Of a stretch of DNA of 64,000 bases, positions 49,045 to 59,804 are shown in pieces. Numbering within the stretch: position 1 is the stretch's first letter; each line of letters begins with the position of its first letter. The notes under the pieces are model-generated. The model worked only from the letters and a program-made list of their open reading frames with translations, did not search any database and was not told the origin of the DNA. Source of the stretch: Diadema antillarum (lineage: Eukaryota); assembly GCF_040938485.1 (NCBI RefSeq), contig NW_027271232.1:1178001-1242000 (forward strand), written 5' to 3'. The translations under genes were made by a program, and so were the position numbers.

Positions 49045-50454
49045 TTAGACAGGGACATTGTAGATTGTCGAATCTGTATCACCTGTTATTTTTTCGCTGA
49101 ACAAAGCCGTTTTCCGCGTTGTGCTACTGGTTGATTTGAACAATTCTCCTATCGCTTTACGGAATTCTGGATTCCGAATCGTGTAAATGACAGGATTTGC
49201 GCAAGAATTACAGAAAGCTAGGACAACAAGAGCGAAATAGATAGGGCTGTACAAATACGACTCTGGCAGGACACGAAGGTTGTACAAAAGATATCCTATC
49301 TGTGTTGGTGTCCAAGACATGAGGAAAACGGCGACAACAAGGAACAAAATCTTGAGAACACTTTTTCTAGCCACAAGGTACTTAGCTGTCGGGTTTGAGT
49401 AATTGCAATTTAAATCTTCTCCTAACTTCCGACGGGATTGTCGATGGAGTACCAGTGCAGTGAGAGCCTGAGCTACAAGCATGACGGAACAAGGTATTAG
49501 AAACTCAATGAGGAAAACCATACAGCCTGTCATAATTTGGGAAAATTGTGAGTGAAACTTGTCAGTGCATGTGCCGCCCTTGGCCCTAGCCACAAATAAT
49601 GTGAAAAGGTTTAACAAAAACGCGGTAAGCCATGCCATGGCAACAGCGTTGAAAACTCTCTGCCGTGTTACAAGCCGCTTGAAATGAAGAGGGTGGGCAA
49701 TCGCTATGTATCTCTCTAGTGGAATCAATGCCAGAATGAAGATGGAGGCATCCACTGAAACCCACATGAGCATTGACGTGTAAACTACCTTGCAGTAGAT
49801 ATCTCCTAGCCATGTTTCAGGAACCTTCAGTGCCCTAGGCAGCGGAACCAAGAACACTGACGTGAAGAAATCCGCAGCGGCAAGAGCACCGATCAGTGCA
49901 TCAGTCGACCGGCAAGTGTGGCGTCTTTGGAATAACACCAGGATCACTGTCAGGTTTCCCACTATCCCAAGCATGGACATTGCCAGTTGTGGAATCGTCA
50001 CCCATGTCCATGCAACTGACTGCCATTTCCAACGCGGCTGGAGGACGTCGGGTTCTTCTTGTTTTTGTATGGTCAAATTCACCGTACTAACGACCGCGGT
50101 CTCCGTATTGATTTCAGTCTGATTTTCAAGGTTGATTTGCGACATGTTAAGATCCCTTTGTGGAAATATCTTGATTTGACTGTTTTTGTTGTCTTTTCCA
50201 GCTGTTTCGGTACGTAGATAGCTCTTTTCAAGCTGAGTAGAAACAGAAACATTGTCTAAAGGTTTGGCAATTGTCGTCACATCGCTGGGAAGGACCTCGA
50301 TGTCTGAATGACGTTTAAAATTGACAACAGATGTCCCCGTAGTGCTTGAGGGAGCTAGGTACTGAACAGCCGTAGTGGTGACCGGTGTGGCTGTAATATG
50401 GACCGTTGTAGATGTGATTAGGAGAGCTATCGTCCAAGCTGTCAGTATCCTCAT
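49045..50454 (-). CDS. Orphan class A GPCR paralog 5 (469 aa)
   Basis: Intact 7TM ORF. Acceptor TTCTTTACAG at 50471-50472; C-terminus DTDSTIYNVPV. Confidence 0.96.
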   Translation of the reverse strand: MRILTAWTIALLITSTTVHITATPVTTTAVQYLAPSSTTGTSVVNFKRHSDIEVLPSDVTTIAKPLDNVSVSTQLEKSYLRTETAGKDNKNSQIKIFPQRDLNMSQINLENQTEINTETAVVSTVNLTIQKQEEPDVLQPRWKWQSVAWTWVTIPQLAMSMLGIVGNLTVILVLFQRRHTCRSTDALIGALAAADFFTSVFLVPLPRALKVPETWLGDIYCKVVYTSMLMWVSVDASIFILALIPLERYIAIAHPLHFKRLVTRQRVFNAVAMAWLTAFLLNLFTLFVARAKGGTCTDKFHSQFSQIMTGCMVFLIEFLIPCSVMLVAQALTALVLHRQSRRKLGEDLNCNYSNPTAKYLVARKSVLKILFLVVAVFLMSWTPTQIGYLLYNLRVLPESYLYSPIYFALVVLAFCNSCANPVIYTIRNPEFRKAIGELFKSTSSTTRKTALFSEKITGDTDSTIYNVPV

Positions 50455-50994
50455 GTTTGTCCTTCTTTTGCTGTAAAGAACGTGATAACAACTAATCGTA
50501 AAATTGATACTTGGAGCTGATTCGTCTTTAGTGATGTCAGAGGATTATTGAAGTACATTAGGACCACGATTCGAAGTTAACTTTGACTTTGAAAACATGG
50601 TACAGGTAAAATCATACAAATAGATAAAATCTCATCAAAATCGAAAACGAGATAGCCATGGGTTTTTACAATGACAGTTTTTAGAAAACAGTAACATTAC
50701 GTGAAACCACGTATACGTAAAACCAAGTATGCAAATACATTAAACTTATTTTATCGTGTTATCAATCTTCTTTTGACCAACTGATGAATTACCACCAAAT
50801 TTTCTTCTTCTTCTTTTTTTTTTTTTGGGGGGGGGGTTGACATCATAAGACGTATATACTGCCACCTTTCACACACTACTGTTTATTTGCTGTAATATTC
50901 ATGAGTCGTAACTCTTGGAAGCTTGGTAGGTGATATACGATATTTTAAATATTTAAATTAGTTACCGACAATCGGGAGAGTTTTGAGGTTTTAA

Positions 50995-51375
50995 AGGGAT
51001 CGTATAGTTTTGGTTGAGACCTAATTTCAGGTTTCTAAAATTTTTTGGTGAGATAATGAGAAACCTCTTATGAAATATAAAAGAGCATATAATTACATGA
51101 GGAAATCAATGTTCATTTGATGAAAATTGGTTTTGAAATGGCTGAGATATCCAAAACAGAGTGATTCTTATAAAGTGTGGGACCGACCTTTTTTGCGATC
51201 GCTTTGTTTTACCTTATTTTTGGATGCTTCAGTCATTCCAAAACCGATTTTCATCAAATAAACTTTGAATTTCTCTTAAAATGGTATGCTCTGTACTATT
51301 TCATAAGTGTTTTCTTGGTATCCCGCAAAAAGCTAAAGGCCCAATTCTCATCTCCACCAATACTGTACCATCCCT
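50995..51375. mobile_element. Complete Kolobok-type MITE (381 bp) with TTAA target duplication, in the intron of paralog 5
   Basis: TTAA|AGGGATCGTATAGTTTTGGTTGAGA ... TCTCCACCAATACTGTACCATCCCT|TTAA. The empty site GAGGTT TTAA AGTATTCC is present in copy B (TTAA 56349-56352). Confidence 0.92.
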
Positions 51376-52478
51376 TTAAAGTATTCCTTTCATCTACTAG
51401 TATTTGGACAATTAGGTTACGACCAATATATATATTTTTTTCCATGAAAACGATTAAGATTTGAGCTTTCACTCAATTTCAACAGCGAGTCTTGAAGTTT
51501 TGGATTATTTCATTTACGCTTCTCAGTGATATCTGCTGGAACAGACGAAGTGGCATTGCATGTTGACTAAATCTACATCGTTTTTTAAGACAATACATAT
51601 TGATCCAACTTAGTCTCTGCCAAAATGCTCACCAGTCGTAGAGATTGCAAGAGAGCAATCAAATGGTCTTTAAGTGAAACAATTCATCCCATCAGTTAAA
51701 ATAAGGACGCACCTAGAAGGCTTTCAGAGACTTCTTCAAAATGCAAATGTACTAAACTTAGCCTCTGAATTACGGACTTTGCCTACCAGCTCTCTGGTAA
51801 AAATTTACAACCAATCTGTCCTACATGTTTGTCTTGACGGTTGATTCATCGATTGAAATTACTAACTGAAATTGTCAGTTATTCAATTATTCAGGAGAAT
51901 CAAAGGCTGTGGCTCGCATTACTTCTGCAACTCTCCTTTCACGACTGCCTTTAAAGTAGACTACCATTCACGAGATATTTTGCCATGTCAATATACGACT
52001 TTTTAACAACTTACATATCATGTCAATACTGCAAGAAAAAAAAGAACATTGGTTATTACTATATATGACTATAACCGAAATTATGGAATAGAGACTTCAT
52101 CTTCAAAGAAGGGGGTTCGTTAAGAATCCCTTTTATTGTAACATTATGTGATATGAAAAGATAATTCATTATCATTTTTTTTTCGTGTACACCTTAAAAC
52201 TGAAATAAGAATTGAAATCAGTTATAGAAATCTTTAGTCTTGAGAATTGACACTGCAACCAGGTTGAAGAAGGTTGCAACAGAGATGATTTGCAGCTGAC
52301 ATATTTTCTTCAAAAGTATCAATAGTATAGAGTGTTTTTGTTTGTTGAGGAAATAAAGGTATTTATGAAATATTCCAGGCACCTGCTACTGTAGGCGAAC
52401 AGTTGTTTATAAGGAATCAAAAACTATGCTTGAGCCTGTATTCTTTTGCACGCCTGAGGAAATTATGTGGCAAAACTT

Positions 52479-52745
52479 ACCCGAGAAGCGGATTGACTCC
52501 TGAACAAATATTGGCAATATCAGCTTGTCACGTACATCCGCACGTCCTTAAAATGATGTATTCGAGCTGCATGTCCTCAAGCTTAAATAGTCGGCGTCAA
52601 ATGATGCGCATGAGCAGAGTATGGGCTGAATTCAGCCAATGATAATCGTACACCAAACATAATCTGACACAGTATCCTTAGACAGACAGATACATACACA
52701 CACACACACACACACACTGACACACACTTACACACACACTCCATA
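52479..52745 (-). promoter_or_regulatory. Leader exon/promoter of paralog 5: donor 52479-52480, TATTTAA 52583-52589, TGCGCATGAGCA ~52605, CCAAT 52636-52640, (CA)n
   Basis: Co-linear with the other units. Confidence 0.68.
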
Positions 52746-54433
52746 CAAATATTACACAGCACGCAAGAAAAAAAAATCACTCATGGACCGTGCCACTGAA
52801 AAGCTACTGACTATTCATCAATACAGGGTGTACCTTAATTTCACAGCGTCTCTGATAATAAATTTTATCCTCATAATAGACAAGGCCAGACAAAACATTC
52901 AAACAAATACATCACTAGACAGTGCTAGCTAAATGTGTTAACGTACTCTAAGATAGTCATTGCATTTAGCAAATCTAGGTCGATAGATATGAAAAGGTAG
53001 AAGAGTAAAGTAAGTTCATTATACATGTATTGAACTTTCGAAAATGAAAGAAATCATCTCCTCCTAGTGGATCTTGAAGGAGTATAGGGAAATACAATGT
53101 TAATTTGCAGTCATAGGTGTTCCTTCAAGGAACTACACGTCTCAGTCGTACGTTCTGTGTAAATATTTCATTTTCGAGGTACAGTCAGGTACAACAATTT
53201 AGGTTTGTATCTTAGGTTTGTATAAAAGTTGTATCTGTCGCAAACGTTTGAAAGGAGACATAATTTTTGTAAGCAATTGAGATGTAAAAGAATACCAACA
53301 TTAAAGAGATAAGTTCGCATTACTGACATTTTGTTTCTTTCCCCTCCAATGACGATAAATCTACGACTTGGATTACAAGCGTGCTGATTCAATGTGGTCA
53401 TGACAGTAGGCATGACCGTATATGGTCTGCATGTGCGAAAATGCACGTAAATTAAATCCGTCGAATCGAAATCTAATCTGATTTTGTTGTCGAGACTCTG
53501 TGGGGCCATTAACAGCTGTCATTGGAATAAAACTTCTTTTCACATTTAGATTATGTGCTACATACATGTTAGTTTGAGACTTTTCATGTCTGTTATTTCT
53601 GTGGCATAGAATGGAGTTTCCTGGTAAATTGACTCTCTCCAATCAATATAACGTTTCAAACAATTCCGTCAAAACTATGATCTCGGAAAAAAAAAGAAAA
53701 AAATATATCAGTATTCAAGGTTGTTGTGGCCGCTCAAAATAAACAACTCGCCAACCAAATTGGTAATTGCTTGAATCAAGTTTGACAACATGATCAATGT
53801 TATCCGTCAATTTTATTCAAGGTTTCGTCCATTCGTCATATTTTCTTCTTTCGGTCATTTGTAATAATATTTTCGTCTTTTCGGTTACTCAAATTCGTTA
53901 ATGACATGCATATTGGAAATTAGTGCAATCAAATTAAGAATGTGAGATTCCTGTAAAGTGGGAAAATGATAATAATGGGGTGAGTTTTGTGGGACACTAG
54001 TTCATGTGGCAAGGACGTTGCCATGCTCATTTGGAAAATACCAGAAACATTATCCTTCTTTTCATGTCAAATCTGAGTAGAAATTTGACGTCTTTTGTAA
54101 AAGTGGTGCCTTGATTTCTTAAAGGTCCATGCCCCAGTTCCCCGTTATAACTAATCCACTATCGTAAAGAAAGTTGGCATGTGTACCTGAAAAATATGTA
54201 CAGGCAAGAATAAGGTGAAGATAAGGAAAATAAAACAAAACAGAATGATGAAAATGACAAGAAACGTGTCAGTGGGTCTAGAGTTCATCTGAGTGTCGCA
54301 AGATCAGCTTTCATGCATTCTTGCAGACTAGTAATGAAAGATTAACATAGACTGGGTGGGGGTTGCTCGCCAGAGGGGTATGGCGTCGATTTGGATATTC
54401 TGTCAAACAGTAGTCAACACCTACCAAGTTTGC

Positions 54434-55828
54434 TTACAAAATGGACCTTGGATCACCTGTTATTTTTTCGCTGAACAACGCCGTTTTCCCCGATGTGCTA
54501 CTGGTTGATTTGAACAATTCTCCTATCGCTTTACGGAATTCTGGATTCCGAATCGTGTAAATGACAGGATTTGCGCAAGAATTACAGAAAGCTAGGACAA
54601 CAAGAGTGAAATAAATAGGGCTGTACAAATAGGACTCTGGCAGAACACGAAGGTTGTACAAAAGATATGCTATCTGTGTTGGTGTCCAAGACATGAGGAA
54701 AACGACGACAACAAGGAACAAAATCTTGAGAACATTTTTTCTAGCCACAAGGTACTTAGCTGTCAGGTTTGAGTTATTGCAGTTTAAATCTTCTCCTAAT
54801 TTCCGACGTGATTGTCGATGGAGCACCAGCGCGGTCAGAACCTGGGCTACAAGCATGACGAAGGCAGGTATGAGAAACTGAACGAGGAAAAGCATAATGC
54901 CTGAGGTAACCTGGGAAAGCCGTGATTGAAATGCCGCATTACACTTTTCGTCCTTCGTACCAGCGACAAAGAATAAGAAAAAGTTTACCATGAATGCCAT
55001 CATCCATGTCACGACAACAGCCTTGCCAACCCTCTGCCGTGTTACAAGACGCTTAAAATGAAGAGGGTGGGCAATCGCAATGTATCTCTCTATTGGAATT
55101 AAGGCCAGACTGAAGATGGAGGCATCCACGGAAACCCACATGAGCATTGACGTGTAAACCACCTTGCAGTAGATACTCCCTAGCCATGTTTCAGGAACTC
55201 TCAGCGGCCTAGGAAGCGGAACCAAGAACGCTGACGTGAAGAAATCCGCGACGGCCAGAGCACCGATCAGTGCATCAGTCGACCGGCAAGTGTGGCGCCT
55301 TTGAAATAACACCAGGATCACAATCAGGTTTCCCACTATTCCAAGCATGGACATTGCTAGCTGCGGAATCGTTACCCATGTCCATGTAACTGACTGCCAT
55401 TTCCAACGCGGCTGGAGGACGTCGGGTTCTTCTTCTTTTTGTGCCGTGAAACTCACCGTGCTTATGACCGCGGTCTCCGTATTAATTTCAGTCTGATTTT
55501 CAAGGTTGATTTGCGACATGTTAAAATAGCTTTGAGGAAATATCTTGATTTGACTGTTTTTGTTGTCTTTTCCCGTTGTTTCGAAAGGCAGATACCTCTT
55601 TTGAAAATGAGTAGAAACAGAAACATTTTCTAAAGGTCGGGCGATTGTCGTCAAATTGCTGAGAAGGACCTCGATGTCTGGTTGACGTTTAAAATTGACA
55701 TCCGGTGTCCCCGTAGTGCTTGAGGGAGCTAGGTAATGAACAGCCGTAGTGGTGACCGGTGTGGCTGTAATATGGACGGTTGTAGATGTGATTAGGAGAG
55801 CTATCGTCCAAGCTGTCAGTATCGTCAT
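54434..55828 (-). CDS. Orphan class A GPCR paralog 6 (464 aa) with a chimeric C-terminus (..ITGD-PRSIL)
   Basis: Intact 7TM ORF with an acceptor at 55845-55846. The last five codons and the stop come from spacer sequence homologous to ~59905-59928. Confidence 0.94.
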   Translation of the reverse strand: MTILTAWTIALLITSTTVHITATPVTTTAVHYLAPSSTTGTPDVNFKRQPDIEVLLSNLTTIARPLENVSVSTHFQKRYLPFETTGKDNKNSQIKIFPQSYFNMSQINLENQTEINTETAVISTVSFTAQKEEEPDVLQPRWKWQSVTWTWVTIPQLAMSMLGIVGNLIVILVLFQRRHTCRSTDALIGALAVADFFTSAFLVPLPRPLRVPETWLGSIYCKVVYTSMLMWVSVDASIFSLALIPIERYIAIAHPLHFKRLVTRQRVGKAVVVTWMMAFMVNFFLFFVAGTKDEKCNAAFQSRLSQVTSGIMLFLVQFLIPAFVMLVAQVLTALVLHRQSRRKLGEDLNCNNSNLTAKYLVARKNVLKILFLVVVVFLMSWTPTQIAYLLYNLRVLPESYLYSPIYFTLVVLAFCNSCANPVIYTIRNPEFRKAIGELFKSTSSTSGKTALFSEKITGDPRSIL

Positions 55829-56398
55829 GTTTGTCCTTCTTTTCCTGTGAAGAACGTAATAACAACAAATCGTGAAAGTGATACTACTACTTGGAGCTAC
55901 AGCGAGTACTTCGTCTTTTGTGATGTCAGAGGATTATTGAAATACATTAGGCGTACGATTCGAAGGTAACTTTGACTTTGAAAACATGGTACATGTAACA
56001 TCATACAAACAGATAAAATCTCATCAAAATCGAAAATTATTTCTAGATAAATGACAGTTTTTAGAAAACAGTAACATTACGTGAAACCACGTATGCAAAT
56101 ACATTAAGCTGATTTTATCGTGTTATCAGTCTTCTTTCCACTAACTGATTGAGTACGACCAAAGTTGTTTTTTTTTTGGGGGGGGGGGAGGGGGAATTGA
56201 CATCATAAAATATATACTGTCACGTTTCACACACTATTGTTTCTTTGCTGTAAAATTCATGAGCCGTAACTCTAGGAAACTTGGTAGGTGATACACGATA
56301 TTTTAGATATCTAAATTAGTTACTGACGATCGGGAGAGTTTTGAGGTTTTAAAGTATTCCTTTCATCTTCTAGTATTTGGACAATCAGGTTACGACCA

Positions 56399-56438
<40 letters not shown>

Positions 56439-57531
56439 TCCATTAAAACGAATACTTCAGTTATCATTCAATTTCAGCAGCGAGTTTTAAAGTTTTTTAT
56501 CATTTTATTTACTCCTCTTAGTGACATCCGCTGGAACATCGGAGTGGCATTGCATATTGACTAAATCTACATAGCTTTCCAAGACAATAAATATTGATCC
56601 AACGTATTCTCTGTCAAATGCTCTCCATCGTAGAGATTGCAAGAGAGCAAACAAAGGGTCTTTAAGTGAAATAATTAATCCCAAAGACGCACCTAGAAGA
56701 CTTTCAGAGACCTGTTGAAAATGCAATAGTACTAAACTTAGCCTCTGAATTACGGATTTTGCCTACCAGCTCTGTGGTAAAAATTCACAACCAATCTGTC
56801 CTACATGCTTGTCCTTACGGTTGATTCATCGATTGAAACTGCAAATTAAAATTGTCTGTTACTCGTTGTTCAGCAAAATCAAAGACTCTGACTCGCATAA
56901 CTTCTGCAACTCTTCTTTTACGCCTGCCTTCAAAGTAGACAGCCATTCACGAGATGTTTTGCCATGTCAACATACGACGATGCTTTTATATCATGCAAAT
57001 ACTACAGGGAAAAATAAGAACTTTGGTTTTGACAACATATATATGACTATATAATATATAATCATATTATGATTATATTGTGTGTTGGGAATTTTATCTT
57101 CAAAGTCAAGGATTCATTAAGAATCCCTTTCAGTGTAACATTATTTGATTTGAAAAGATAATTCCTTATCATTTGTTTGGAGACACCTTAAAATTGAAAT
57201 AAGAATTGAAAGCAGTAATTGAAATCTTTAGTCTTGAGTATTAATACAGCAACCAGGTTGAAGAATGTTGCAACAGAGATGATTTGCAGCTGATTTAATT
57301 ATTTACTTCAAAAGTTTGATTAGAATAAAATGCTTTTCATTTGTTGAGGCAATAAACTTATTTACAAAAATATTCCAGGCACCTACGACTGTAAGTGAAC
57401 AGTAACTACACAATCCTGCACAGGAGGGTGGGGTATAATACTAAAAAGAAATGTATTGTTTATAAGGAATCAAAAACTATTCTTGAGCCGGTATTCTTTT
57501 GAATGCCTGAGGATATTATGTGGCAAAACTT

Positions 57532-57795
57532 ACCCGAGAAGCAGCTTGACTCCTGAGCAAATATTAGCAATATCAGCAGGTCACGTACGTCCGCGCGTCC
57601 TTAAAATGGTGTATTCGAGCTGCATGTCATCAAGCTTAAATAGTCGGCGTCAAATGATGCGCATGAGCAGAGTATGGGTTGAATTCAGCCAATGATAATC
57701 GTACGCCAAACATAATCTGACACAGTATCCTTATACAGACAGATACACACACACACACTGACACACACTGACACACACTTACACACACACTCCAT
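57532..57795 (-). promoter_or_regulatory. Leader exon/promoter of paralog 6: donor 57532-57533, TATTTAA 57636-57642, TGCGCATGAGCA ~57658, CCAAT 57689-57693, (CA)n
   Basis: Co-linear with the other units. Confidence 0.68.
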
Positions 57796-59547
57796 ACAAA
57801 TATTACACAGCACGCAAGAAAAAAAAAATCACTCATGGACCATACCATCGAAAAGCTACTGACTAAATCATCAATGCCTTAATTTGACAACCTGACAGCG
57901 TCTCTGATAATCAATTTTAACCTCATAATAAGCAAAGCCAAACTGGACATTCAAACAAATACATCACTAGACAGTGCTAGCTATAACAGGAACGGAACGT
58001 GATGTTGTTGCTGTTTTTGTGTGGGTTATAGATAGATTCATTTAAATCCTATCTAGTCCTCAAAGAGATCCATCATCGTTTCTGCCCCTTTTCTGTCTCA
58101 TGTGAATGAGGGGGATCAAGAAAGCATCAAAGACGAAGAAAAAAAAATCACCCAATGTGTAAAGTATTCCAAGATCGCATTGCATTTAGCAAATCTAGTT
58201 CGATAGATATGAAAAGATACAAAACTAAAACAAGTTCATTATACTGAACTTTCAAATATGAAAACAATCATTTCCTCCTGGTGGATCTTGAAGGAGTATT
58301 GGGAAATTTAATGTTAATTTGCACTCATAGGTTTTCCTTCGTGGAACTATACGTACGTTATAAATATTTCATTTTTCGAGGTACAGTAGGGTACAATTAT
58401 GTTTGCGTGAGCCATGAAAAAAAATGCAAAAAAAAAATGTATCTCTCGCAAATGTAGGAATGAAGACATAATTTTTGTAAGCAATTGAGATGTAAAAGAA
58501 CACAAACATTAGAATGATAATTTCACATTTCAGACATTTTGTGTCTTTCCCCTCCAATGACGATAAATCTATGAGCTGGATTGCAAAGCGTGCTGATTCA
58601 ATGTAATCATGACAGTAGGCATGACCGGATATGGTCTGCACGTGCAAAAATATACGTAAATTCAATCCGTCGAATCGAAATCAATCTGATTTTGTTGTCA
58701 AGACTCTGTGGGGCCATAAGCTGCTGTCATTTGAATAAACTTCTGTGCACATATAAATTATGTGCTATATGGATGGTGGTTTGAGTCTGTTCATGCCCGT
58801 TATTTCTGTGGCATAGTATTGAATTTCCTGGTAAATTGTAAACTCTCTCCGATCAATATAACGTGTCCAACAATTATTTCCCGCCCAAATTATGATCTTG
58901 GTAAAAAAAAAAAATGAGTAAGAAAGTTCTTGTGGCCACTCAAAATAAACAACTTGCCGAACAAAATTAATTGGTAGTTACGTATAGTAAATCAATTTGA
59001 CAAAATGAGCAATGGTATCCGGCAGTCTTATTCAAGTTTTCGTCCATTCGTTATATTTTCGTCTTTCGGTCATTCATGACAATAGTTTTGTCTTTTCGGT
59101 CACTCAAATTCGTGAATGAGCGTGGATATTGGAAATGAGTGCAATCAGACTAAGAATGTGAGATTCCTGTGAAGTAGGAAAAGATAATAGGGTGGGCTTT
59201 AAGGGATGCTAGTTCATGTGCATGGCAATGACGTTGTTATGCTCATTTGGCAAATACCAGAAACATTATCCTTTTATTTTTCATGTCAATCTCAGTTAGA
59301 AATTTGATTCCGTTTGTAAAAATGGGGCTTTGATTTCGTATAAATGCCCATGTTCTCCCTTGTAACTAATCCACTATCGTAAAGAAAGTTGGCATGATTA
59401 CCGGAAAAATATCCACAGGTGAGAATATGATAAGCATAAAGAACACAAACAAACAAAAAAGGATAATGAAAAAGACAAGAAACCAAGGAATCAGTGAATC
59501 TAGAGTTTATCTGAGTATCACAACTTCAGCTTTCACGTATTGTTGTA

Positions 59548-59804
59548 CATATGAAGAGTTTGTTTGCAAAAACCGATAAGTCCATAGTTGCCAAATGGAG
59601 ATATTTGCGATTAAAGGTCAAGAAAAATACAGAGAATAATAAGAAAAAATTTGCTTCTTTTGACCATAACTTCAAAAATATACCTTTTTATGTAGTGACC
59701 AATATATCATTTAAAAGGTATTATTTTGTACTTTATGACAGAGATCGTACTTCAAAATCTTCAAAAATGGACTTATCGGTTTTTGCAAACAAACCCTTCA
59801 TATA
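59548..59804. mobile_element. MITE with ~37 bp TIRs and TA flanks (Tc1/mariner-like, family assignment tentative)
   Basis: ATATGAAGAGTTTGTTTGCAAAAACCGATAAGTCCAT (from 59549) matches the reverse complement of 59767-59803 at 36/37 positions. The element is absent at the homologous position in copy A (~54320). Confidence 0.85.
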
